DNA of 63,593 bases, the filler included, from Olpidium bornovanus S191 (taxonomy: Eukaryota; Fungi; Olpidiomycota), in the NCBI GenBank assembly GCA_017911155.1. It is 29 parts of 29 records of this genome, joined end to end, with 100 filler letters (N's around TTAATTAATTAA, not from the genome) between each part and the next. Parts side by side here need not be neighbours in the genome. Positions count along the whole stretch, not along the records: positions 34,903 to 37,876 come from JAEFCI010005132.1; positions 37,977 to 39,032 come from JAEFCI010005202.1; positions 39,133 to 41,455 come from JAEFCI010010577.1; positions 41,556 to 45,843 come from JAEFCI010011124.1; positions 45,944 to 47,881 come from JAEFCI010004423.1; 24 more parts are not named here. One strand, given 5' to 3'. Position 1 is the stretch's first letter. Each line of letters starts with the position of its first letter. The notes beneath the pieces were generated by a model that did not search any database, had not been told where the DNA came from, and was given only the letters and a program-made list of their open reading frames with translations. This document shows, piece by piece, positions 36,092 to 47,184 of the stretch. A program made the translations under genes and the position numbers.

Positions 36092-37798
36092 TTACCGCTG
36101 GCTCAAATTAGCTCCTCTAAGGATCTCGGAGCGGATGTGCTTGAACGCCCAGATGTTCCCTTTTAACCTTCGGACGTCCAGGATCATCATGCCCGGAAGG
36201 TTCCTCAGGCTGCGGACCTCGACGACGAAGTGAACGTCGTCGTCCGCGCTGCCGGCGGTCTGGCCGACCTGGCTCGGCCGGCGACGATCCAGCGGTTGCA
36301 GGGTTTGGGCGGAAAATTCCGCGGCGCCTGCCGTCGCCCTCGTCGAGGTCCGCGGACCGCCGCCGTTTTCTCGACCGGGCGCGGCCGCCCCGCTGCGCCG
36401 CGTCTCCGCGGGCGGGGCGACGCCGCTTTGGCCGGGCTTCGCGGCGGTTTGCCTCTTGGCCGGGCGGCACCGGAGCTTGTACTTGCCCTCCCGTTTGGTG
36501 ACCTCGACGCCGAGCTTGCCGAGCAGGGCTTCGACTTCCGGGAACACGTCCGACGGCCGCCGGGCGGTGACGGCGCTCGCGTCGACGGCTCCGGAGTGCT
36601 CGGCGAGGACGTCGTCGCTGTCGCCGGAGCGCGGCCGGTGGGAGCCGGGCCAGAGCTGGTGCCTGCGGAGCCATTCGACGACCTTCTTCGACGACGACGA
36701 GACGTACTCGTCGGCGCGTTTGGCCTTTTGCCGGCCCACGTCGGCGGCGGCCGGGGGTTTTCCGGGCGCGGGGCCGAAGCCTCGGTCGTGCTCCGCGGGC
36801 GCCGCACCGGCCGGCGGCGGCGGGGGCAGCGGCCGTTCGCGGCCGTCCGGCGGGCGGGCGGCGGATTTTGACCGCCGCCCTTTCCCGGCGGACTCCCTTC
36901 GGGCTCCGGCGCCCGGCGCGGTCGGGGAGCCCGGGCTGCTCGCGGCGTAACGGGGCAGGGCCCAGTCCTTGTCCTCGCGCGGGGCGGCGAGGGTCGCCGG
37001 GGCCGACGAGATCTCGGGCGCGAAGACGCCGGCCGCCGCCGCCGCGGCGCCCGTCATCGCCGACTTCGGCCGCGGGGGGAGGGGCGTGTGTTCCAGCTGC
37101 GTCGAGACGACCAGCTTCGGGGCGGGTGGGCCCCCGCGGCGCCGCCCGGCCCCGGCGGACGGGCTTCGCGCCGGCGACGGCGGCGGACGGGCTTCGCGCC
37201 GATTGGCGCCGGGGAGCGCGGGCGGGTTTTCCGCGGGGTCCGGGGGCGGCTCTCCCCGGCGGCGGCTCCCGTCGTCGACCGTCGGCGCCGCGGTCGCCGC
37301 GGGGACGTCCGCGGGCGGATCGCCGGCGGCGGCGCCGGGGCTCGCGGCGGAAAGCGCGCCGCCCGCCGTCAGCGCCGCGCCCAGGGTCCGCGGCGCCGCG
37401 GCCGCCGCGCGCGAGGCCGGCGCTCCCGCCGCCTCGGGGCCTTCGGCCGCCGGGCCGGGGGTCGCGGCCCCGGCGGCGGCGGCGGCGGCGGCGGCGGGCT
37501 CCGCCGCGTCGTCGAAAAGGCTCCTGTGGTCCCTGAGCCAGCGGTGGCTCCAGATCCCGGCCATGTCGATGCGCAGGCGCGGATCGGGCTGCAGGATCCG
37601 GCGGAGCAGGGACCGCGCCCCCGGCGTCACGTGGTCGGGAAACGTCAGCGGCGCGGACACGATGTAGCTGTACAGCTGGCCGATGTTTTCCCCGGACGGG
37701 TTGTCCGGGTCGTCGTCGAACGGGAGGTACCCGCACAGCATCGCGTACAGGATGACGCCGCACGACCAGATGTCCGCGGTGGTCCCGGAGTACAATCC
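36092..37798 (-). CDS. Kin4/Ppk1-like CAMK Ser/Thr kinase, last exon (kinase C-lobe, linker, KA1-like domain)
   Basis: [36 protein letters not shown] (the DDDPxNP insert is typical of the Kin4 family); C-terminal [22 protein letters not shown]; acceptor AG at 37800-37799. Confidence 0.88.
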   Translation of the reverse strand, partial: GLYSGTTADIWSCGVILYAMLCGYLPFDDDPDNPSGENIGQLYSYIVSAPLTFPDHVTPGARSLLRRILQPDPRLRIDMAGIWSHRWLRDHRSLFDDAAEPAAAAAAAAGAATPGPAAEGPEAAGAPASRAAAAAPRTLGAALTAGGALSAASPGAAAGDPPADVPAATAAPTVDDGSRRRGEPPPDPAENPPALPGANRREARPPPSPARSPSAGAGRRRGGPPAPKLVVSTQLEHTPLPPRPKSAMTGAAAAAAGVFAPEISSAPATLAAPREDKDWALPRYAASSPGSPTAPGAGARRESAGKGRRSKSAARPPDGRERPLPPPPPAGAAPAEHDRGFGPAPGKPPAAADVGRQKAKRADEYVSSSSKKVVEWLRRHQLWPGSHRPRSGDSDDVLAEHSGAVDASAVTARRPSDVFPEVEALLGKLGVEVTKREGKYKLRCRPAKRQTAAKPGQSGVAPPAETRRSGAAAPGRENGGGPRTSTRATAGAAEFSAQTLQPLDRRRPSQVGQTAGSADDDVHFVVEVRSLRNLPGMMILDVRRLKGNIWAFKHIRSEILRGANLSQR

Positions 37799-37829
37799 CT
37801 TGACAAAACCAAACCAAAGGAAAACCCAA

Positions 37830-37876
<47 letters not shown>

Positions 37877-38065
37877 NNNNNNNNNNNNNNNNNNNNNNNN
37901 NNNNNNNNNNNNNNNNNNNNTTAATTAATTAANNNNNNNNNNNNNNNNNNNNNNNNNNNNNNNNNNNNNNNNNNNNCATGGTACAGAGGGGGAAGAGGGA
38001 AGATGACGGTGGTGCGCGGGGGGAGGGCGGGGAATACCGGGTAAATTCACAGCACAGCTTCCCGG

Positions 38066-38922
38066 TCAAATTCCATCACCAATCTTGCGATCCGAAAAAA
38101 AAAAGCGCCGCCGCTCCACGTTCGCCGCGCGTCCGGTGCCGACGCCTCCCTCGCCGCGAGGCGGCTGGAGGCTGAGGCCCGGCGCGCTGCCGTGGATTCC
38201 CGGCAGCGCGGCACCCAGGATCCGCACCTCGGGAGCGGCGGCGGCCGCCACGGTCCCGGCCGCTCCGTCGAGCGGCCGGCGGCAAATTGGGCACGAGCTG
38301 TGGTGCTCGAGCCACGACCTGAGGCAAGTCCTAAAAAGATAAGACCCGTTTGTGACGAGATGTACACGAGAGGTCCGCAAGTTCGCCACCCGCGGAGGAA
38401 CGGCATTCGTACATGTGGAAGAAGTGCCCGCATCCCAGCTTCCTCGCGAGCGACATCGATTCGCGGCATATGGCACAGTTATCGTTGTATTCCCAAATTT
38501 CTTCTCGAGTCGCAGCTGTATACCTGGTTCAGCGTGAATCGGTCCAGGCGAGAGGCGAGGAATTTGACGGCACAAAAGCGACACGGGCGTCCGACGGGCG
38601 GAAAAAAAAAACAGAACAGGCCCCAAAAAAATGTTTCAGCCACCAACGTTCTGAAAACATAAGATGCCGGGAGTCCAAGCATGCCGGACAAGGCGTTAAT
38701 TACGTCCAACGGAACACAGGTTGGCCCCACACGCCGACACCAAGGTGCACCAAGGGAAGACGGAAACGCAAAGGCCTAATCGCCTGACCTAGTCTCCAAG
38801 TCAACGATCGCACGCCGGTATCTTCGGTGCTCGCCGATTTTTCGCCGCAAGTTGTTGAACACTCTCCTCGCGTTTAGGAGAAGCACGGCGTCGACCAGCG
38901 AAAGGGATAAGCCATGAATCAC
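38066..38922 (-). CDS. AMFR/gp78-like (Hrd1 family) RING-H2 E3 ubiquitin ligase, partial
   Basis: Spliced: LVDAVLLLNARRVFNNLRRKIGEHRRYRRAIVDLETR|YTAATREEIWEYNDNCAICRESMSLARKLGCGHFFHM|TCLRSWLEHHSSCPICRRPL. Confidence 0.85.
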
Positions 38923-39834
38923 CTTCAGTGACACGGTCGAGAGACCGCAAAAGTTCAAATAATCGCAGGGACAGAAAAAAGAGTTGGTGGGTACCAGCAA
39001 AATACGGCCGGTATTGGCAAAACAAAAAAAAGNNNNNNNNNNNNNNNNNNNNNNNNNNNNNNNNNNNNNNNNNNNNTTAATTAATTAANNNNNNNNNNNN
39101 NNNNNNNNNNNNNNNNNNNNNNNNNNNNNNNNACATGAGGGAACTGGCACCAACGCGGAAAACCTGGCACTCCAATCAGATCCTGCTTTGATTTCCAACA
39201 CGGAATCTGGCCGGACCCCTGATTGTGAGAAACTTGGGGCCTCTACCACCACAGATCCCGAAAACCCAGTATCAGAGTCAACACGAATGCAGCACACTTC
39301 GAGAAGCCCGGAGTGGCAACTGGCATAGATGACCGTCGCTGTGATTCGAGGACAGTATATTCCCTTCTCAACACGCGAACAATTTTCTCCTACGAGGCAA
39401 TGGGACACTACACCTGTCACTCTGGTCGGTCTGACACTGTAGACGTTGACTGGTCCCGAGTTGTCGTGATCAACGAGGACATCATTGCTGCAGTGGACAA
39501 CTCGTGTGACTGACATAGCCAGGCCACAATCTCGCAGACACTAACTGCAGCCCGAATGGAGTGAATTGGGTGAAATGGAAAACAGCAATAATGGCAGCAG
39601 TCACCACCAACAGCCATCCCCAGACCCAGTACAGAAACCCTCACCCCAGTAACTCAATGTGCAGACGCTGCAAACAGAGTCCACTTGCCTAGTCCGTGCA
39701 GATGAGTTGTGCCGGGGATATGTAGGCTTGGGGCGTAGATTGGCTTGGTTGCGCGGGGTAGTCACTCTAACAGCCCCCCCCCCCCCCCCCCCCCCCCCCC
39801 GGGCGCCCCCCCCCCCCCCCCCCCCCCCCCGCAG

Positions 39835-41353
39835 TCGCCGGGCGTCACGCTTTCTGCCGACGAAAAAGTGGAAATAGCCAAGCAGCTCTCGCGCCTCGGC
39901 GTCGACGTCTGTGAAGCCGGCTTCCCCGTCGCCAGCGAGGGGGACTTTGAGGCCGTCTCGCGCATCGCCGCAGAGGGCGGCCCGCTCATGGACGGCCGGG
40001 AGGCCGTCGGTCAACCGATGGTGAGAACGCCGCCACTTTCCTCCCTCCCCTCTCGCGTCCGCGGTGTGTTTGTCTCTGCCGGGCGGCCGACCCGCCTTCG
40101 AGTTTTTTTTTTCCGTTCCCAATCTCACCCAAAAAGAAAAACAACCCGCCCCCAGATCATCGCGGGACTCGCCCGCGCCACCGAGGCGGACATCCGCCGC
40201 GCCTTCGACGCTGTCAAAGCCGCCCCGCGCCACCGCATCCACACCTTCCTGGCCACGTCCGACGTTCACCTCGAGCACAAGCTGCGCATCACCCGCGACG
40301 AGTGCGTCGACCGCGCCGCCGCGGCCGTGCGCCTCGCCGCTTCGCTGTGCCCCGACGTGGAGTTTTCGCCCGAGGACGCCGGCCGGTCCGACCGCGACTT
40401 CTTGTGCCAGGTCCTCGCGGAGGTCATACGCGCTGGCGCCACGACGCTGAACATCCCCGACACCGTCGGGTACAACATGCCGGACGAGTACGGCCGGATG
40501 ATCAAGTACCTGATCGAGAACACCCCGGGAAGCCACAAGGCGAGTACTTGGTCGGCAGAGAACACACCCGGGGATTTCGCAAGTTTGGGGCCCGCCGTGC
40601 TTTACCGCTCGCGTTTGGCCGGCTCTATAACCTGAATGCACGAACATTGCTCAGGCGGTTTGGTCGACGCACTGCCATGATGATCTCGGCCTCGCCACTG
40701 CGAACACCCTGGCCGGCATCATGAACGGTGCGCGGCAGGTCGAAGTGACGATAAACGGCATCGGCGAACGTGCCGGCAACACAGCCCTCGAAGAGGTGGT
40801 CATGGCCGTGCACACACCCCCGACAACGTTCCCCGTCTACCACACCATCTGCACCGAACAGATTTCCAGCATTTCCAAAACGGTGTCCGAACTGACCGGC
40901 ATGGTCGTCCAGCCGAACAAGGCCATAGTCGGCTGCAACGCGTTTCTGCACGAAAGCGGTGAGCGCCGTCGTGTGTGTGCCGGGGTCAGGGAGTTTTTTT
41001 TTGGTCTGCTGTCGTTTAGCCTTGCACATTGCTCTTGCGCGTATTTCTGTACGAGAGTTGACCCTCCTCCCTTCCCCCCGGGCTCTGGTGTGTTCCCAGG
41101 TATCCACCAGGACGGGGTCATCAAGAACAAGCAGACCTACGAGATCATTAGGCCAGAAACGGTGGGCGTCCACACCGGAAATCTGTTTTTGGGCAAGCAC
41201 TCCGGGCGAGCCGCCTTCCGCACACGCACGGGCGAGCTCGGCTTCGCCCACCTGTCGGAAGTGGAGTTCCAGCGCGCGTTCGAGAGTTTCAAAGTGCTGG
41301 CGGACTCGAAGAAGCGCATAACGGACACCGACATCATGCGTCCTGAGAGATGA
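39835..41353 (+). CDS. leuA: 2-isopropylmalate synthase, plant/bacterial LeuA type; exons 39835-40020, 40156-40539, 40655-40958, 41100-41353; 5' exon missing
   Basis: [31 protein letters not shown]; [11 protein letters not shown]; NIPDTVGY; [17 protein letters not shown]; NGIGERAGN; [12 protein letters not shown]; LGKHSGR. Confidence 0.95.
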
Positions 41354-41926
41354 CGACGTGGATTCGTCGTGTTTGGTGAGGCTATAAATGTAGATATCAG
41401 GTGGGGGGGGGGGCGATTCATCGTCCCTAGCAACGGCTACATTATTGGCCGGCTCNNNNNNNNNNNNNNNNNNNNNNNNNNNNNNNNNNNNNNNNNNNNT
41501 TAATTAATTAANNNNNNNNNNNNNNNNNNNNNNNNNNNNNNNNNNNNNNNNNNNNACAACTGTTCTACTTGGATGGAATTGTAAACGCGGCAGATTCAGG
41601 TGGGGCTGCGATCGACGCCGACACCGATCCCGACTCCACCGTCAGGACCAACGGCGTTGATGACAGTGCCCTCATGGTGACCATCAAGAGCGACATCGAC
41701 GAATGGCGTGCGCGATTGGGGCACCTTGGGCAGGCTAAGATGCGCCTCCGGCAGCAACAGGCAGAGGGAGAGATACCCAGAGCCTGCCTCTGGGCGCAAA
41801 ACGCCACGATGTGCGAACCTTGCCAACTCGGCAAACAGACGCGAAAGTCGCACCTGCCAAGCGGCAGCGCGCCCTCTAAGACAGACGAAGACGTCCATGT
41901 GGACCTGACTGTTGCGCATCAAAAGC

Positions 41927-41998
41927 AGGTTGACCGAGGGTTGAACTCAAGACCTTCCCTTTCCCGGAGGGACGCTCTTCCAACTGAGCTATCTGCCC
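41927..41998 (-). ncRNA. tRNA-derived module in the 3' LTR (Pol III A and B boxes)
   Basis: GGGCAGA TA GCTC AGTTGGAA GAGC G TCCCT CCGGGAA AGGGA AGGTC TTGAG TTCAACC CTCGG TCAACCT; perfect D-stem and anticodon stem. Confidence 0.88.
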
Positions 41999-42156
41999 TA
42001 TTCACCAAGTGTCTGGCTCGCCCTGCAACGCCATTCCAACACCCCCCTCGAGCCAGGCACCTCAGGCACTGCTGTCAACGGGGCTCGGCCACCCGCGCAA
42101 CCACAATCGGAGGGACAAGTCACGATTGGGCTGATAACCTGTTGCGCATCAAAAGT

Positions 42157-42228
42157 GGGCCGACCGAGCGTTGAACTCGGGACCTTCTTTTTCCCGGAGG
42201 GACGCTCTTCCAACTGAGCTATCTGCCC
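42157..42228 (-). ncRNA. tRNA-derived module in the 5' LTR (Pol III A and B boxes, TTTT terminator 2 nt downstream)
   Basis: GGGCAGA TA GCTC AGTTGGAA GAGC G TCCCTCCGGGAAAAAGA AGGTC CCGAG TTCAACG CTCGG TCGGCCC ACTTTT; perfect D- and T-stems, 6/7 acceptor pairs. Confidence 0.88.
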
Positions 42229-43291
42229 TATTCACCAGGTGTCTGGCTCGCCCTGCAAAGCCATTCCAACACTGACCAGGCCTTGCCCGATTTCTGTCCA
42301 CGGCAACAAGTACGCCATGACCTGCGTCGGGCCCGAAGAGGCGGGCTAGAAAGCTACTTCGTGCAGTCAAAGGACAGCACGTTAATGCAGGCGGCCATGA
42401 AGGACTACTTACCGCACGTGGAAAAGCACGGATTCACCATCCGCACGCACCCCTCCGACCGAGGCAGAGAGTTCATGAGCGACGCATATCAAATGATGCT
42501 ACGGAACAAAGGGGATTCGCATCGAAATTACCGCGCGCCGAAACCCCACAGCAAAATGAAGTCGCCGAGCGTATCAGGTCGAGCCGCGGAACGCTCTTGT
42601 GCGCGCTCCGCAGCCTGGAGTTGCCCCTTTGTGGAATAATATAACCTTTGGTTCCCCTCATGGGAAACGGGCCAAGAGCAGACGGCGACGCCGGACGCCA
42701 CATCCGGGATACGGTCTTCTTCCTGCTCTTCCTCCTCACGGGCTCGCGCGTACTCCTCCCTTCCGGCTTTACCGTTCACCCCCCGCTCCTGCAGAAAAAG
42801 CAAACGAGGGGGGGGGGAATTGGGAGCTCGCCAGCCCCTGTCCTTTCGTTCTAGAGCCCTTAGTAGACGCCCCACGATGAAAAAACCTGAGGTAGATCGT
42901 GGGCGCCATACCTCGAACACAACCTCTTTTTTTCGCCTACTTCTTAACTGGCTCGCTGCGCCCGCTGCGCGTTCCCGTCCTTCCTTTCCTTCTCGGCTCC
43001 TGAATCCAACAACACCGTCCCTCCCCTCCCCCTCCTCCCCTACCCAGCCAGATCCGTCCACACAGACCAGAAATCACCGCAGAGCACCTAACGTGGCCTA
43101 TGCATCGGTCATCACAGGGTCAAAGTGCTGCATACGTAGCATTCATCATTTTCAGAGAAGGGCAAAAAAAGTTTTTACCGCTCAAACTGGACTAGTCCGG
43201 GAAAGGCGAACGAAACTTTCCGCGGACGTGGGAAACATGGCTTTACATAGGAGACGTGGAAAAGCGATAAAGAGCCCTGACATCGAAAAAC

Positions 43292-43343
43292 GTGGGCAAA
43301 AGAACCTCAGAATAAGGGTGGGCAAAAGAACCTCAGAATAAGG
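43292..43343 (+). repeat. 26-bp exact tandem duplication
   Basis: GTGGGCAAAAGAACCTCAGAATAAGG x2. Confidence 0.95.
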
Positions 43344-43390
43344 GGGCCGGTGATGATGTAGCGGCGGGGATGAAGAGGCGAGCTGGAAAC

Positions 43391-45008
43391 CTAGTCCTCG
43401 CGGGAAGAAGCCTCTTTCATCTTCTTGACCTCCTCGTCCTCGCCGGGGAGTTGCTCTGCCTTACGCTTGACGCTGCCGGCGGAGCTGGCGCTGGGAGTGT
43501 TCGCGGCATCGGACTGGGCGAGCCGCTTGGCAAGGAACTCGGCGGCATCCGTCTTCCGCGACTGAATCATGTCGGCGGCAGTTCCGGCAAGCGAGTCTTC
43601 TGCTGCGAGCGTGTTAACCGAGGGAGCCTCCTTGAGCTCCTTGATCTGCAGGTCGCATTCCGGCGTTCGGAAATAGTCAGATTCGGCCTCTGCAGTGAAA
43701 CCAGAGAGTAGCAACACCAACAGACACAGCCACGGAATCAAAAACGACCTTCGCCTCCAAGTCAGGGGTAAGCTCCATGATCTCCTTGATCTCGACATCT
43801 TTGTCATGGGCGACCTGGACTTCACCGGAGGATAGGAGCTTGACGCGCTGTTTAAGGACCTCGATGGCCTTTTCGACTTCCTCGACTGCTTTGTCACGCG
43901 AATTGTCCCACTCAAGCGCGTTCGCCAGCTTGAAGTGGACATAAGCGATCGCACGGTCCGTGGCCGGGTAGACTTTCTTTGCCATCTCGAGGGCGGAGGA
44001 GAAGTCGGAGGCGGCGCGAGCGAAATCCTCTGCAAAGACCCGCGGAGGCGCACAAGGGCGAGTGGCGGGAGAGCACACAGGGATAGAGAATGTAAGATGA
44101 ACATGTGCCGATAAACTGCGTGACGGACGCAAACCCCTTCCCCTCCCCCTTTTTCCCAAAATTATGCGCACCGCTTTCGAGTGAGACGTCTCCGAGGAGC
44201 ATGTGGGCGTCAATGAGCATTTTCTGGGCCGCGTCGCCCTCCATCTTGGCAAGGATAATGCGCGCAGTGTCGAGGATCTCAAAAGCGGTTTGAAGATCGT
44301 CCTTCTTCTCGTCCTCGCCCGCCCCCTCCTCCTCCTCGCCGTCCTCCTCCTCCTCCTCGCCGGCCGCCTCTTCGCGTTCAGCGTTCGGCTCGGACTCGGC
44401 GGGGGTGTCCTTGTCAAGTTCGACCTCCTTGGTGGCTGCTTCAGCAGACGCGTCACCAGCGCCAGAGCTGGCGTTTTTCTGCTGCGCGGCCAGCCCGAAG
44501 AGGGCGCGGCCGTACATGAGAAGAGTTTTGGCGCATTTGGGCGAAAGCGGCCCATAAGCGTTAGCTCTGTGTGGGAGGAACGGGAGACGGCAGGGAAAGC
44601 GAAACGTCACGAAACGACGGGAACCGTCAGATATTCTCCGACCACCCTGAAGCGGACGGGCCGGCTCAACGGACCGGGGGGAAAGTAGCCTTGCCAAAGG
44701 ACCGCATCCAGTTGACAGGGGAAAAAAAAAACAAAAGCCGCGCGCTCGACTTACAGCAGCTCTGAAGCCTCCGACAGCTTCTCGACGGCCTCCGCAAAGT
44801 TCTCGGCGGCAAGCGCGCTTTCGGCGGCGGAGAGCAGGGCGGGGAGAGCGCCGAGCGCCTCGCGTTCCTTGGCTGTGGGTTCCTTTTCCGCAACATCCGA
44901 AGCCGGCTCCTCGGAGGCGGGGATTTCCTCCGCGACCTTGGCAGGGGCCTGCTTCACGGGCGCGGCGGCGTCCTGCGCGGCAACCTCAACGGGGCCCTCG
45001 ACGGTCAT
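43391..45008 (-). CDS. NASP/Sim3/Hif1-family histone chaperone (SHNi-TPR), apparently complete, 4 exons
   Basis: TPR1 (ENFAEAVEKLSEASELL|ANAYG..YGRAL); acidic insert; DDLQTAFEILDTARII..HMLLGDVSLES|EDF..A..DF; basic C-terminal NLS VKRKAE..KKMK. Confidence 0.92.
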
Positions 45009-46162
45009 GCTGGATGCACGCGTCCGTGGGTTCGCAGGCTACAGTGGCGCGAACGACGTAAACGGAGGGAGAGGGGATGTTGAGAGGGGGGGGAGCGGGT
45101 GGTTGTTCGCGAGCGGAAAAGTGAGAGGGTTAGAAGGACGGGACGGCAACGTGACGCGTTGCTTTTTCCCGTCGAAGGCAGTGCAAAATTGATCCGAGGC
45201 GAGGTGCGTGGAAACAACCGGCCGAAAATCAGAAAAAGAAAGCGAGAAAAAAAAAACAAAAAAGACGAACGGCCGCGCAACGCGCCTCAAGATCCCTCCA
45301 TCCCACCACACCATCCCCTCCTCCCGTTTCCCTTGACGCCTAGCAGGGCATCCGGCGCGCGCAGTTTTTGGGACGCGCGTGGCGTCCACCCGCGCGGGGA
45401 AGAGGCCGAGGGGGGGGGAAGTGGAAGAGGGGAGGGAAGGGGGCAAAGGACGTGGTCAGCCCGGTCCGCGACTCACCGTTGTCTTTTTATTTCTCGATCT
45501 TTTTTTATTTTTTTTTTTTTTTTCCTGCCAAGGCAGTGGTAGTAGTTCTGGCGCGTCGTGTGAGCGGGTCGGGTCGTTCGGGCGCGGCGGTGTGTCTCTG
45601 TCTCTCTCTCTCTCTCTCTCTCCGCCTCTTCCCTCTCTTCTGTTGTGGGCACTTCCCCTCTCTCCCCTTCTTCCCCCCCCCCCTTTCCCCCTTCCCGCTT
45701 CCCCTTTCCCCTCCCCAGGTGAAGAAAGAGAAAACGACAACATCTGGACCATGTGTGGCACGTGATTTGCCATCGGAAACCAACCAAAAGAGCAGAAAAA
45801 AAGAACAAGTTCATCTTCGGCATGACAGCAGACACCCTTGCACNNNNNNNNNNNNNNNNNNNNNNNNNNNNNNNNNNNNNNNNNNNNTTAATTAATTAAN
45901 NNNNNNNNNNNNNNNNNNNNNNNNNNNNNNNNNNNNNNNNNNNCATGGGCCTGACCAGGTGTTTGCCTTATACGGAAAACGACAGAACACTGGGAAGCCC
46001 TGCGTTTCCCCCAAAAAAAGTTTCCCACAGAGAGCTCATTTTCGGGCACACAATGAGGTGACAAAGTTACGGGGCAGTCCGCGCGTGGCGCCGGCCCCTT
46101 TCGCCCACCGCCTCCCCCTCCTCCCAGGGTTGCGGAGAACCGCCGGCTTGCACAAATGTCTT

Positions 46163-46827
46163 TCACCACTTGATAGATCCCTTCAGCGCCAGCGCGGCGA
46201 GAGCGACGAAGCCGGAGACGGTGCGCACCCAGTGACGGTTGCCCCAGGTGACTAACATACGGCGCGTGGCGTTGTCGTCGAGCGCCACGGACGAGTCCAT
46301 CAGCTTCTTGATGTCGGGAAACATGACCGCGCCCGAGAAGCCCGCGACGCCGAGCCCGAGCGCCGCGGCCGCGATGCCGTACAGCGGGCGGTCGTCGGGA
46401 GCGGCGCGGCGCAGCGCGAGGAGCGAGCCGACCGCGGAGACGGCAACCAAACCGCTGGGTTATTTTGTTTCGGAGTTGCGGGCAAAGGGTGATCGGGGGC
46501 CAGTTTCAGGAAAGACGCGCGCGTTCCGGGCCGAAAACTGGAAGAGGAAGAAGAAAACGAGTCCGACGACGGGGGTTTTTTTTTTGGAAGGGAAGGGGGG
46601 GGGGAGAAGAAGGTGGGGAAGGGGGCCGGGAACTCTTCTTCTCACCCCTGGAGCTTTTCGCCGCAGTTGAACACCACGCGGTAAGCGTCCCTGGCGCGGG
46701 CGGGTTTGAGCGAGGCCAGGAGGGGGACGTCAACGAGCGAGGCGTACAGGGATCCGCCGGTGAAGAGGGCGGTGGTCAGCAGGACGCCGCCATGCAGCGT
46801 GAGCAGGTTGTTATTGAGCAGGATCAT
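46163..46827 (-). CDS. DUF1772 / anthrone-oxygenase-like membrane protein; join(46827-46646,46454-46163)
   Basis: ALFTGGSLYASLVDVP in TM1; three further hydrophobic segments; C-terminal WGNRHWVRT motif typical of DUF1772; the phase-2 GT-AG intron keeps frame. Confidence 0.8.
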
Positions 46828-47184
46828 AATAATCCCTGGCGCGCGCGGGGGTTTCTTATTTTCTTTGTTTTCTTTTTTTTTTTCCTCGTATGTTTGGGTG
46901 GGCACCGGAGGGGGGGGGGGGGGGGGGGTGCGGGCGCGCCCCCCCCCCCCCCCCCCCCCCCTCCCACCGCCGCCCAACACACACACACAGCGCACTCCCG
47001 CGCCCCACTCCTTCCCCCCCACACGCTCGAGCCTAAAGAAAAATCTTTGTTCTTCCCGCCGCCGCCGGATTGTTCGGCCCCGTTTAAGCGCCGCGGGCGG
47101 TGCGTAGAAGTAGCAGCGGCGCCAGCGGCGTAAAACAGAAAAAAAGAGGTACCGGACCGGGCCGGGCCGGGAAGGCGAATAATA

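Larger units (their letters stand above)
41910..42271 (-). mobile_element. Complete non-autonomous miniature LTR retrotransposon (TRIM) with tRNA-derived LTRs, 362 bp
   Basis: LTRs 41910-42041 and 42140-42271 (132 bp each, TGTTG..CAACA, 11 differences); TSD CTGAC at 41905-41909 and 42272-42276; PBS GGTTATCAGCCC (42139-42128); PPT GAGGGGGG (42049-42042); 98-bp internal region. Confidence 0.95.
41690..42660 (+). mobile_element. Decayed Ty1/copia GAG-pre-integrase and integrase core, interrupted by a TRIM
   Basis: WRARLGHLG..CEPCQLGKQTR..VHVDLT|RPCPISVHGNKY (frame restored when 41910-42276 is removed); SDRGREFMS; QNEVAER-like. Confidence 0.9.

Noticed and set aside
36117-37924. Several long overlapping ORFs suggesting overprinted genes
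   Set aside because: Shadow frames of a very GC-rich kinase exon, giving Arg/Pro/Gly-rich peptides with no motifs.
41927-42228. Two functional tRNA genes (apparent GGG anticodon)
   Set aside because: C at position 33, each copy has a broken stem, and both sit inside LTRs with a TSD. They are better read as tRNA-derived promoter modules.
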